DNA from: a virus | IMG/VR virus record: IMGVR_UViG_3300036801_000174 | Coordinates: 9,383-73,382 of that record | Length of the DNA stretch: 64,000 nucleotides | Reading direction: 5' to 3' (one strand) | Part shown: piece after piece, positions 36,853 to 45,557 of the stretch | Layout: each line of letters starts with the position of its first letter | How positions within the stretch are numbered: the first letter of the stretch is position 1 | The notes under the pieces: generated by a model | Database searches by the model: none | The model's input: the letters and a program-made list of their open reading frames with translations, nothing else | Told to the model about the DNA's origin: nothing | Program-made: the position numbers and the translations under genes

Positions 36853-37124
36853 GACGCACGCCCCTTCCTCGGTGCGAACGGGAAGACGTTGGACGCCGGC
36901 GAGATGGGCGTGATGCCGATGCCGGAGGGGAGTTTGGTGCGGCCCCGGCGGGCGGAAGCCGCAGCAGCCATAGCCTCGCCCGTGCTCTCGTCGAGCCGGA
37001 GGACGCTGCGCCGGAAGGCTTCCACCTGGCCGCTGAGGACGTCCATCTGGTCGCGGAGGGCAGCGAGCTCGGAGGCGCGGGCTGCACAAGACGGGCAGCA
37101 AGGGGAGGGAGCGGGAGTGGTCAT
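36849..37124 (-). CDS. Hypothetical protein
   Basis: ATGA-coupled chain. Confidence 0.55.
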   Translation of the reverse strand: MTTPAPSPCCPSCAARASELAALRDQMDVLSGQVEAFRRSVLRLDESTGEAMAAAASARRGRTKLPSGIGITPISPASNVFPFAPRKGRAS

Positions 37125-37294
37125 GACGCCGCCTCGGCGTGCTCGTCGCAGGTGCGAATGCGGCGGGAGACCGAGTCAACCCAGCGGCCGAGGGGGCCGC
37201 CATCCACGCTCGCGGTCTCCTCGAAGACGATCACGCAGCCGCAGGAAGCGGTGAAGGGCTCTGGCTCGGGGAGGCGAACGCGCTTGGTGGTCAT
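37121..37294 (-). CDS. Hypothetical protein (57 aa)
   Basis: MTTKRVRLPEPEPFTASCGC..., ATGA-coupled on both sides. Confidence 0.5.
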   Translation of the reverse strand: MTTKRVRLPEPEPFTASCGCVIVFEETASVDGGPLGRWVDSVSRRIRTCDEHAEAAS

Positions 37295-37572
37295 GCCGAC
37301 ACCTCACAAACGGTTAGCTCGAGGTCCGGGTCGGCCGCTACGGCGCTGAGCCGGTCGTCAAGGTCCGCGCGGCCGTAGCACGTGCGGAAGGCTGAGGAGC
37401 CGAGAGTCAGCGGGTTGATGCGCTGCCCGGTCTTGCTCGTGACCTCGACCATGTGGCTGACGTCGAGCACAGAACCGTGGACGTCGTGACGGCAAGCGGG
37501 GCACCAGAAGACAACTGGGCCACCGTCGAGCGGGATGCAGCAGGAAGGGCAGACGGTCTGGGCGGGAGTCAT
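37291..37572 (-). CDS. Zn-ribbon hypothetical protein
   Basis: CPSC...CPAC. Confidence 0.6.
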   Translation of the reverse strand: MTPAQTVCPSCCIPLDGGPVVFWCPACRHDVHGSVLDVSHMVEVTSKTGQRINPLTLGSSAFRTCYGRADLDDRLSAVAADPDLELTVCEVSA

Positions 37573-37751
37573 GACGCGATCTCCGTCTCCTGCAGTTCGC
37601 CGACAAGTTCGGGGAGCTCGGGGAGCGTCTTCTTGAGCGAGTCGTTCACGAGGCGCCAGACGTGGCCGCCGCGGATGGCGGCTGTCAGGCGCAGGCGCTT
37701 AGCGACGTCTGGCTCAAGCCAGGTGCCCAGCGGGACGGTGCCGTTTGCCAC
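37569..37751 (-). CDS. RHH-like small regulator
   Basis: First gene of the transfer operon; GGGAG RBS. Confidence 0.55.
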   Translation of the reverse strand: MANGTVPLGTWLEPDVAKRLRLTAAIRGGHVWRLVNDSLKKTLPELPELVGELQETEIAS

Positions 37752-37909
37752 GCGCTCGCTCCCTTGCTATCTAGCGATCTCCAGTGCTGGATTGCTATAC
37801 GCTCACTGTGCCACCATGCGCGTAAGGTTGTCAAGCGGGACATCCCTAAGCTGGTGAGGTACCGTGTCCGCTAAGCGCACGTAGCCGCACATGGTGCTAA
37901 AGGGGACGC
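37752..37909. promoter_or_regulatory. Divergent promoter region
   Basis: Minus-strand TTGACA-18-CACAGT; inverted CGC(A/G)CATGGTG boxes. Confidence 0.5.
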
Positions 37910-38326
37910 ATGAGCATCGGGCCGTCGTACCAGCTGGTGGCCGATGACATCTGCGCCCAGATCACCTCAGGCCGCCTGGCAGTAGGCAAGCCGATCCCGT
38001 CAACGCGCGAACTCATGGCCCAGTACAAGGTGTCCAGCACCGTCGCGCGCCATGCCGTGGAAGTCCTCAAGGACGCTGGCGTGCTCGACGGCCACCCCGG
38101 GAAAGGCGTCTACGTCAAGGCCCTCCCCAAGCAGGCCGCAGCGGAGCGGGCCGACGCGCAGGCGCTGGCAAAGGAAGTCGCCGAGTTCCGCGACGAGGTC
38201 GATGAGCGCTTCGCCGAGATCTACCGGCGGATGGGCTGGGATGAGCACAGCCAGGAAGGACAACACGATGAGCAGCGACACAACGGGCGTCGTCTCCCTG
38301 GCGCTGCGGGAGGCCTACAAGCCTGA
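37910..38326 (+). CDS. GntR-family repressor (KorA/KorSA-like)
   Basis: YQLVADDI..I.SG.L..G..IPSTREL..Y.VS..V..A...L...G...GKGVYV. Confidence 0.85.
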   Translation: MSIGPSYQLVADDICAQITSGRLAVGKPIPSTRELMAQYKVSSTVARHAVEVLKDAGVLDGHPGKGVYVKALPKQAAAERADAQALAKEVAEFRDEVDERFAEIYRRMGWDEHSQEGQHDEQRHNGRRLPGAAGGLQA

Positions 38327-39059
38327 CTTCCGCTCCCTGGCATCCGGGCAGGTCCGCGCGACCAGGGAGAAACTCGGTTTAGACCATGAAGAGTTCGCCG
38401 CTCACCTGACAAGCATGCTGGGCTGGGCGGTGCAGCCTGGCGTCGTCGCCCGCTGGGAACGGGGCGAAGGCACGCCGCCCGGCGACGTGGTCAAGGCCGC
38501 AGAGGTGGCAGCACAGTCAGGACCGGACGACCCTGAGCCCAGTGGCGTCATGCCCTACGCCGACCGGGGCCTGATCTCCCGCCAGCAGTGGAACGGGATG
38601 ATCGCCGGGTCGCAGGAGTTCTTGTGGCTGTACGGGATGGCCGAGCTCGGGTACGCCGAAGACGACGAGACCCCGGTCATCATCAGCGCGGCGGCAGAGG
38701 CCGGGTGCGAGGTGCGGGTGCTGCTGCTCGACCCCGCCTACCCGGGGATACCGGACATCGACGCGGCCGAAGGCAACCCGCCCGGGACGCTTGCGGCGAG
38801 GATCGGGGCCTCCCTGGCGCGGTTCTCGCGGATCCGGCAGGCCAGCGGCGGCCAGATGCAGCTGCGGGTCTACGGCACCCACCCGACCGTGAGCGTGGTG
38901 CGCGGCGATGACGAGATGCTGATCACCCACTACATGCGGTCGTTCGCCGGGTCCAACAGCCCGACGATCGGCGCGACGGCTTCGTCGGCGCCGCGGATGT
39001 TCGCGCGCTACGCTCGCCACTTCGCTGCGGCATGGGACGGCGCGAGGGAGGCGGCGTGA
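38268..39059 (+). CDS. XRE-HTH plus DUF5919-like domain protein
   Basis: VARWERGEGTP HTH; VRVLLLDP...LRVY...RGDDEMLI..Y...SPT. Confidence 0.75.
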   Translation: MSSDTTGVVSLALREAYKPDFRSLASGQVRATREKLGLDHEEFAAHLTSMLGWAVQPGVVARWERGEGTPPGDVVKAAEVAAQSGPDDPEPSGVMPYADRGLISRQQWNGMIAGSQEFLWLYGMAELGYAEDDETPVIISAAAEAGCEVRVLLLDPAYPGIPDIDAAEGNPPGTLAARIGASLARFSRIRQASGGQMQLRVYGTHPTVSVVRGDDEMLITHYMRSFAGSNSPTIGATASSAPRMFARYARHFAAAWDGAREAA

Positions 39060-39646
39060 CGCTCACTAGGGACCACGGTTGCGTTATGAGCATGCAGGAC
39101 GCCGAGATCGCGGACACCGAAGTGCTGCTCGACGGGCCCAAGCGGTTCGTCCGCCAGGCCCTGGTGATGCCGGACGGGGAGAAACTCGACTGGTACTACC
39201 AGGACACCCCCGCCAGCGTGATGGTCGTCCCGGTACTGCCCGGCGGCCAGTTCGTGATGGTGTACCAGTACCGATGGAATTTGCGTCACTATGCGCTGGA
39301 GTTCCCGGCCGGTGAGGTCGCGCCAGGGGAGACGCTCGAGGTGGCGCTCAAGCGGGAGCTCGCCGAGGAGACCGGGTTCGCTCTCGGCGAGGGCGGGACG
39401 ATGAAGCAGCTGGGCTCGTTCTACAGCCTGCCTTCCGAGACGAACAAGGTGACCCACGTTTTCCTGGCACGGCCCGTGGTATCGGCCGGGCCGGCCCGCA
39501 AGGACGACGAGATCGAGAAGTATTTCAACCTGACGGTGCATATCACAGCGCCAGGTCTGGCCATGGCACAGATCGGGAAGTCGGTTGCGGGGACCGAGAC
39601 CATCACCGCGCTGATGCTGGCCAGGGACGCTATGGGGCGGGAGTAG
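39056..39646 (+). CDS. Nudix hydrolase
   Basis: Nudix box GEVAPGETLEVALKRELAEETG. Confidence 0.92.
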   Translation: MTLTRDHGCVMSMQDAEIADTEVLLDGPKRFVRQALVMPDGEKLDWYYQDTPASVMVVPVLPGGQFVMVYQYRWNLRHYALEFPAGEVAPGETLEVALKRELAEETGFALGEGGTMKQLGSFYSLPSETNKVTHVFLARPVVSAGPARKDDEIEKYFNLTVHITAPGLAMAQIGKSVAGTETITALMLARDAMGRE

Positions 39647-39655
39647 CCTGCGGGC

Positions 39656-39886
39656 ATGGACAGCGGCGATCACTTCGCAGACCCGCAGGAGGTGGCTCAC
39701 GCCTGCGCCTGCACCATGGCCAAGGCGGTGGGCCAGCTGGCTGGCCCCGGCGACGGGGAGATCGTCGTCATCCTGCGGGCCAGCGTGGACATGGACGGGG
39801 CCTCTGAGAGCGATCTGTTCTACTCATGGGACTGGTTCTGGCGGCCGAAGACGGAGAAGGCCGCAGGTGGCAAGGGGCTAGCCTGA
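39656..39886 (+). CDS. Hypothetical protein (leaderless)
   Basis: TAGCCT-6-ATG. Confidence 0.5.
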   Translation: MDSGDHFADPQEVAHACACTMAKAVGQLAGPGDGEIVVILRASVDMDGASESDLFYSWDWFWRPKTEKAAGGKGLA

Positions 39887-39956
39887 AAGTGGCCGGGACC
39901 ATCTCGGTGCTGCAGCTGGCGCGGGATGCGCTGGGGCGCGAGTAGCCTGCCTGAGC

Positions 39957-40304
39957 ATGAGCGATACGGCCGAGCACGTCAGGGGGTTCATCTGCCGCTG
40001 CGGCGACGAGAACGCCAGCGCGGACGCCCTGATGGCCGAAGTCCGCGCCCGGCTCGCCGAGGGCAGCGTGCACCAGATCCCGCAGCCGGTCACCGACACC
40101 AACTTCATCACCCGCGTGGTCTGCTCGCTGGAATGGGACTACGGCGCCTATATCACCGGCATCCTTAACGACCAGTGGTCTGCCGTGACCGCGCAGGACC
40201 GCGGCGGGCTGAGCGTGCTCATTGAGTGCGACGACGTGGAAGACGGCTTCGCAGCCGTGTGGAAAGCGTTCGCTGACCGGAAGCCGGACATCCCTGCTCG
40301 CTGA
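39957..40304 (+). CDS. Hypothetical protein (leaderless)
   Basis: TAGCCT-8-ATG; high-GC3 codons. Confidence 0.6.
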   Translation: MSDTAEHVRGFICRCGDENASADALMAEVRARLAEGSVHQIPQPVTDTNFITRVVCSLEWDYGAYITGILNDQWSAVTAQDRGGLSVLIECDDVEDGFAAVWKAFADRKPDIPAR

Positions 40305-40348
40305 CTCCGCCCCTGGACCTCGCGCCCCTCGCGGGTGACAATCCGGAT

Positions 40349-40549
40349 GTGCACCATCCCTTCTGGGTTGTCCTGCTCATCGGCGGATCCACCTTTGGGT
40401 GGATTTTCAAGCGGATGAAGTATGCCTGGGAAGACCACATCGGCGCGAAGATCCGGTTAAAGAACGCCAAGCGGGAACGGCGGAGGGCTGCGTTATGGGC
40501 CCTGGCGTTCGGGGTGGCGGGGCTGCTGATCCTTCACGTGCTGCTCTGA
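40349..40549 (+). CDS. Small two-TM membrane protein
   Basis: GACAAT-6-GTG; hydrophobic ends. Confidence 0.55.
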   Translation: MHHPFWVVLLIGGSTFGWIFKRMKYAWEDHIGAKIRLKNAKRERRRAALWALAFGVAGLLILHVLL

Positions 40550-40678
40550 CCTGGCGCCGTCCAGTTGCCCGGCAACAGCATCAGCGAGGACAGCCTGCCG
40601 TGTGGGCACCCGCCTGCCGGCGATGTAGTACCAGGGCCGGAGCTTCAGCCAGCGTGAGGGAAGCCGGTCCGGGCGCAC

Positions 40679-40945
40679 CTAGGCCGTGGGCAGCGCGGCC
40701 GGGTGCGGGACGTAGCCGAGATGCTCCTGGCACTGGCAGCCGTCGGCCGGGCCCCATGACGGGCACAGGTTCCCGTAGTCGCCGTAGTGGCCGCAGGGCA
40801 TGTTCATCGGGCGCGTGATGCCGCAGCCGCAGCGGTCGTCGTGGAACGCCTCGGCGCGCTTGCCGCAGGTGGCGCAGGCGAGGAACGGGTTCGCTGGCGT
40901 GATCACCAGATGGGTGTGCGTATGGGTCAGGGTGGTCACGGTCAT
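40679..40945 (-). CDS. Cys/His-rich hypothetical protein
   Basis: CAGAAT-6-ATG; many Cys. Confidence 0.55.
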   Translation of the reverse strand: MTVTTLTHTHTHLVITPANPFLACATCGKRAEAFHDDRCGCGITRPMNMPCGHYGDYGNLCPSWGPADGCQCQEHLGYVPHPAALPTA

Positions 40946-41106
40946 AGGCCAATTCTGCCATCACACGCAGCCGCCGGGCTGATGCACACGGTGTTGCCGT
41001 GGGCGTGGCTCGCGGCGGTTTTGAAACTCGCCGCGCCGCCGCGAGCTAGCGAGCGGCGGAGACGTTAACTTCCTCCGTTAGGTACGTCGTTGGTTACTAC
41101 GTTGGG

Positions 41107-41209
41107 CGGAACTGACTACCGGGTGCTGGCGGTAACCACTTCCGCGACGTACCGGTAATGACTTCCGGGTGCTGGCGGTAGTGAGTTCCGGTACCGGTAA
41201 TGAGTTCCG
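41107..41209. repeat. Five 15-bp iteron-like repeats (putative origin)
   Basis: CGGWANYSASTWCCG at 41107, 41130, 41153, 41176, 41195 (23-bp period). Confidence 0.75.
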
Positions 41210-41221
41210 CTAGCACGCTGG

Positions 41222-41821
41222 CTACCACTCGTCATGGCGGGCCTTCTTAAACAGGTCCCAGGCGCCGTCTCCGCCCCACCGGCCGTTCGCCGCTTCCCAC
41301 ATGCTCAGGCAGCTGCGGTCCTTCCTCGGCGGCGGGCAGAACGTGGCGGCAGGGAGCCGCCAGCGCACCTGCCGGTTGCCGGTCTCGGGACTGATGACGG
41401 GGTGGCCATCCTTGCCCAGCAGGAAGGTGTTGCATGGCTGCGGGTTGAACTTCTTCTGGCACTGCTGGCAGGTGAACCTGCCACCGTGGGGGCCGAGGAT
41501 CGGGAAGCCGCGCCAGTGGTCGGGTATTACGAGTTCGTACAGGTCCGCCGTCCGGTGATCACCGGTCCAGGCGCTCGGGAGGCCGCGGACCGCCATGCCT
41601 GCACCGCGCATGAAGTGCCACGCCTCGCGGACTGTCTTCTCGCTGAGCCCTGTCTGCCGCGCCAGCCGCTCGTTGCCCGGGTAGATCTCCTCACCGTCAG
41701 CCACGCCGTACTGCGCGGCCTGGTAAGCGACAAGCTTGATCGACGGCTCGACTAAGAGCGCGCCGACCAGGACGTTCCAGCGCGCGACGAAAAGCCTGTC
41801 CTCGTCATCTGGCGTGATCAT
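41222..41821 (-). CDS. HTH replication-initiator-like protein
   Basis: IYPGNERLARQTGLSEKTVREA wHTH; Cys motifs; adjacent iterons. Confidence 0.65.
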   Translation of the reverse strand: MITPDDEDRLFVARWNVLVGALLVEPSIKLVAYQAAQYGVADGEEIYPGNERLARQTGLSEKTVREAWHFMRGAGMAVRGLPSAWTGDHRTADLYELVIPDHWRGFPILGPHGGRFTCQQCQKKFNPQPCNTFLLGKDGHPVISPETGNRQVRWRLPAATFCPPPRKDRSCLSMWEAANGRWGGDGAWDLFKKARHDEW

Positions 41822-41941
41822 GGTGCTCCGTGGACAACAGAGTTGACACGGCTTACCATCAAGGTGCTCCTTGACTTAGCGGGGCAGCGTGGGGCCGGGA
41901 ATCGTTAGCCAGCGATCCGGCCCTGCTGCATGTCTGGGCAA

Positions 41942-42139
41942 TTACTTGGCCTTGCGGTCCCGGATCCTCTTGATGTACTCGTCGGTCCAGTGGGCATACC
42001 TGCCGATGCGCCCCGGGGAGCGCCCGGCGTCCAGTGCCTCGTAGATCGCGGCCATCAGATCGGCGCGGCCAGTGTCCATCCGCTTGCGTGCCCGTTCGAT
42101 GCGCCTGTCCAGGTCATCGGGCTCCATGTCGTCGGTCAT
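41942..42139 (-). CDS. Small HTH regulator
   Basis: AIYEALDAGRSPGRIGRYAHWTDEYIKRI; TACAGT -10 upstream. Confidence 0.6.
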   Translation of the reverse strand: MTDDMEPDDLDRRIERARKRMDTGRADLMAAIYEALDAGRSPGRIGRYAHWTDEYIKRIRDRKAK

Positions 42140-42197
42140 GGCCAACACTGTATCAAACTTGGTTGCGACAGTGTTGGGATAGTGCTACGTTGATTTC

Positions 42198-42968
42198 ATG
42201 ACCGAGACACTTGCCGAAGTCCACGCCTGGGCATTACAGGCCGCCCTCGCCGAGTTCTGGCAGAACCCGCAGGCGAACCGGATCACGAGCCGGGTGCCGG
42301 GCCGGATCGCGGGCAGCGATCATGACCAGCTAGTCCCTGAGGGCGTCAGCAATCCTTACTGGGAACTCGTCCGCCAGATGCCCTCGGACACCATTGGCGA
42401 CCCGTGGCGCAAGATCCCCGGCCCGGACCCCTACTTTGGCGCGCTGGACGGCCGCTGCCTCGTGGACCGTCACTCGCTGTGCGGCATGTACTCCTGGGCG
42501 ATCCCCTCGCCGGGCGACATCGCGTGGATCTCTGAGCGCCTGGACGGGAAGGGCATCGTTGAGCCGGGCGCGGGCAGTGGCTACTGGGCGTGGCAGCTCG
42601 TGCAGGCCGGCGTTGACATCGTGGCTTATGAGCCGGTCGCCCCGGAGGACAACAAGTTCGTGACCGGCCCTCAGTGGCATCCGGTCCTGCCCGACGACCA
42701 CGGCGTGACTGCGCAGCACCCGGACCGCTCCCTGCTGCTGTGCTGGCCGTCCTACAGCGAGCCATGGGCCGCATGGTCACTGGCCGCCTACAAGGGGGAC
42801 CAGCTTTTCTACATCGGTGAGGGACCGGGTGGCTGCTGCGCCGATGAGGAGTTCTTCAGCCTGCTTGACGCCGAGTGGGAGGAAGCCGGGGACTGCCCGG
42901 CGCATGTCAGCTACTCCTGCATTCACTGCTACCTGACCGAGTACCGCCGAAAGTCAGCAGGCCAGTGA
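42198..42968 (+). CDS. Class I SAM-dependent methyltransferase-like protein
   Basis: IVEPGAGSGYWA, LLLCWP, YIGE motifs. Confidence 0.7.
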   Translation: MTETLAEVHAWALQAALAEFWQNPQANRITSRVPGRIAGSDHDQLVPEGVSNPYWELVRQMPSDTIGDPWRKIPGPDPYFGALDGRCLVDRHSLCGMYSWAIPSPGDIAWISERLDGKGIVEPGAGSGYWAWQLVQAGVDIVAYEPVAPEDNKFVTGPQWHPVLPDDHGVTAQHPDRSLLLCWPSYSEPWAAWSLAAYKGDQLFYIGEGPGGCCADEEFFSLLDAEWEEAGDCPAHVSYSCIHCYLTEYRRKSAGQ

Positions 42969-43029
42969 ACGCCATCCTCCGTGAAGCCCTGTCGGACCTG
43001 CGCGAGAAGATCGAGAAGGAGAGCAAGCC

Positions 43030-43281
43030 ATGAGCACCATCACCCGCAAGCCGTCCAAGCCCTGGCGCGTCGAGGGCAACACATCCCCCGTTGACTGCAC
43101 CAGCAAGGCCGATGCCTATGAGGTCGTCTCGGCGCTGGCCAAGGCTGGCGTCAGGACCGTCGTGCATCAGTGGATAAGCGGCTGCTGGGTGCTGTACGAG
43201 ATCGCCGAGCCCGGCCTGACCGCCAAGACCTCCCGGTACCCAGACACCAAGGAGAACGACGATGCCACTTCCGGTCGCTAG
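43030..43281 (+). CDS. Hypothetical protein
   Basis: RBS and codon bias. Confidence 0.55.
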   Translation: MSTITRKPSKPWRVEGNTSPVDCTSKADAYEVVSALAKAGVRTVVHQWISGCWVLYEIAEPGLTAKTSRYPDTKENDDATSGR

Positions 43282-43732
43282 CAGCGACGGCCTCACCATC
43301 CCCGCCGGGGACTTCAACGACGACGGCCTGGCCGTGATCATCCTTCAGGGGGGCCGCTACGGCGGTGACTGGACCGTTCACGCCATGATCGACGGCGACA
43401 GTCTCGGCGAGTTCAGCACCGAAGTGGACGCCCGGCGCAAGGCCGAACTGCAAACTGATCCCGGCTACCCGGACCGCGCCATCGAGACCGCATTCATCTG
43501 GCTCATGGGTGAGGCGAAGCGGCAGGGCATGCGCGTGGTCTTCTTCGAGTGCCTGAACAGCCGCTACGACGCGGAAAGCCGTCCGTACTTCTGCGCCGCG
43601 CAGGCACTGGTCGCCAGTGCGGCATTCACCCCGGAGGCCGGTGTCACTTACGCCGACGAGATGACCCTTGACGCGGTCATGGGCTACGCCACGGCCCCCG
43701 CTGACACCGGGTCCACATCCTCTCCGGGATAG
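43262..43732 (+). CDS. Hypothetical protein
   Basis: AAGGAG RBS. Confidence 0.65.
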   Translation: MPLPVASSDGLTIPAGDFNDDGLAVIILQGGRYGGDWTVHAMIDGDSLGEFSTEVDARRKAELQTDPGYPDRAIETAFIWLMGEAKRQGMRVVFFECLNSRYDAESRPYFCAAQALVASAAFTPEAGVTYADEMTLDAVMGYATAPADTGSTSSPG

Positions 43733-43778
43733 CCCGTACCACCATCGGCGAGATACTGAAGAAGGCGAGCGAGCAGCA

Positions 43779-44054
43779 ATGAAGATCACCGTCACGACAA
43801 CGCCAGCCGAACTGATGGACCGCGGCTGCTGGGATGCCGCCTGCGCAATGCTCGGCTTCAGCCCGCTGATCGTCAGCGAAGGCCAGATGGGCTCCGACTG
43901 CTCCATGATCCTTTCCGAGGCGCAAGCATGGAGGCTCGGGCTCATGCCATTCCGGCCCGGCCTAGAAGCTGAGCTTGAGGTCAACCACCTCGACGGCGAT
44001 CCGACGAACAACGACCCCGGCAACCTTGAGCTACGGGAACGGGAGCAGTCATGA
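43779..44054 (+). CDS. Hypothetical protein with C-terminal HNH-like remnant
   Basis: VNHLDGDPTNNDPGNLEL. Confidence 0.55.
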   Translation: MKITVTTTPAELMDRGCWDAACAMLGFSPLIVSEGQMGSDCSMILSEAQAWRLGLMPFRPGLEAELEVNHLDGDPTNNDPGNLELREREQS

Positions 44055-44326
44055 GCACCGACGACAAGATCACGGTCCCGGTAATCCAAGTCGTGATGCT
44101 GGCCGTCGCAGCCCTCAACGGCCGCAAACTCGACTACGTGCCAGACGCCATCTGGCGTGAACTGCCGGACGCCTGGAAGGGCGAGCTCAACCGCATCCGC
44201 ACAGCCAGCGCCCGGGAGCCCTTGCTGACCACCCACGGCGGCAAGGTCGTTGACGCACGCGAGAACTACGCCCCCAGCAATCTGAGGTGGCAGGACCGCA
44301 GCGACCCGGAAGAGAGCAAGCGATGA
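44051..44326 (+). CDS. Hypothetical protein
   Basis: ATGA coupling. Confidence 0.6.
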   Translation: MSTDDKITVPVIQVVMLAVAALNGRKLDYVPDAIWRELPDAWKGELNRIRTASAREPLLTTHGGKVVDARENYAPSNLRWQDRSDPEESKR

Positions 44327-44517
44327 GCCCCAAGGTCGACAGCCAGACTCCCGCATGGGTCCTGGACATCGTCACCGAGCAGATCGGCCGCGGTGAGCAG
44401 ATGCTCATAGACCACATGCTGGAGACCGGCGAGGACGTCTCCGACACCGCGCTGTGGATTCACCGCCGGAGCCAGTTCCTGAGCCTTCTGGCTCAGCGGG
44501 CGATGGCACCGCGATGA
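44323..44517 (+). CDS. Hypothetical protein
   Basis: ATGA coupling. Confidence 0.55.
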   Translation: MSPKVDSQTPAWVLDIVTEQIGRGEQMLIDHMLETGEDVSDTALWIHRRSQFLSLLAQRAMAPR

Positions 44518-44548
44518 CCCAGGACCAGGAGAGCGCCGAGGAGAAGAG

Positions 44549-44830
44549 ATGAGCGAGCCTGAAGCAGCCGCGAACGAGCCGACCGAGGCTCCCCAGGGCG
44601 CCCGGTGCCCTTCAACCTCGAGGGCAGGGCGCTACCGCTACCCGGCCGGCGTGCAGTACGTCGGCGTGCAGTGCAAGTTCACCGAAGGCCACGAAGGTGA
44701 TCACGCGGCAGACGGGGAGAATAGCCGCGGCGATGTGTTCTGGTCGCAGGACTCTGCCCCGGAGGCGCGGGAGTGGGCCCCGACCGCCCGCGAACAGGTA
44801 GACCGTGCCATGCCCCGTTCGGCCGAATGA
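44549..44830 (+). CDS. Hypothetical protein
   Basis: GAGGAG RBS. Confidence 0.55.
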   Translation: MSEPEAAANEPTEAPQGARCPSTSRAGRYRYPAGVQYVGVQCKFTEGHEGDHAADGENSRGDVFWSQDSAPEAREWAPTAREQVDRAMPRSAE

Positions 44831-44951
44831 AACTTGCAATGCTTAATTCATCGCGAATTGCAATTGCGAAATACTACCTAAAGGCCATAGGCATTTCCTC
44901 CCGCACGGGCAATACTGCATTGCGGCGGCACAACTCCCGGGAGGAACAACA

Positions 44952-45095
44952 ATGCGCAAACTCCGGGCCATAGCCGCCCCTGTCCTTGCTGCCGGTTTTC
45001 TTGCCGGTGCTCTCGCCACCGTCGTGCCAGCCATCACATCGGCTCCGGCTGCGGTCGCGGCCGTCGCCGCGCCTGCGGTACACCTGCACTCATGA
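44952..45095 (+). CDS. Small secreted peptide precursor (47 aa)
   Basis: GGGAGGA RBS; MRKLRAIAAPVLAAGFLAGALATVVPAITSAPAAVAAVAAPAVHLHS. Confidence 0.7.
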   Translation: MRKLRAIAAPVLAAGFLAGALATVVPAITSAPAAVAAVAAPAVHLHS

Positions 45096-45557
45096 AGAGC
45101 CTCGCCAACGGGGACGGCCCTGGCGTCGTCCACGCCCTGGGCGCCAGCAGCCCCGGCACGCCCTACGGTCTGACGCTGACCGGCGTGACCCTCAACCAGC
45201 TGCCCGAGATCTGGGCAGGAGCGACTTCGCGCGGCTCGTTGTGAAGCCGCCCCAGGCAGATCCGGTGACCGTCCAGGAGCACCTGGTGCTGCTTGCCTTC
45301 CTGCGTGACCACGAGTACCAGGATGGTGCCCGGCACCGCCCCTGACCCCCAGACCGGTGGCAAGCGGCGCCCAGGTCATCGCTGCCCGCGACCTGGGCGC
45401 CGTCCTGTCCCAGAGGCTTGACAACGGTCACCAGCACGTCACGCTGAAGGTGCGTGCTCCGTCCGTAGTCCGGCAGGGCAGGTAGGTGAGCCGGGAGCGG
45501 TTGACCTCCGATGCACCAAAACGACCGCTCCCGGGCTGCAGCGCTAGGCTGACCCCC

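Noticed and set aside
41107-41209. Possible mini-CRISPR array
   Set aside because: Repeats are 15 bp with 4-8 bp gaps, some identical; no cas operon. The Cas4-like gene at 55093 sits in a recombination module
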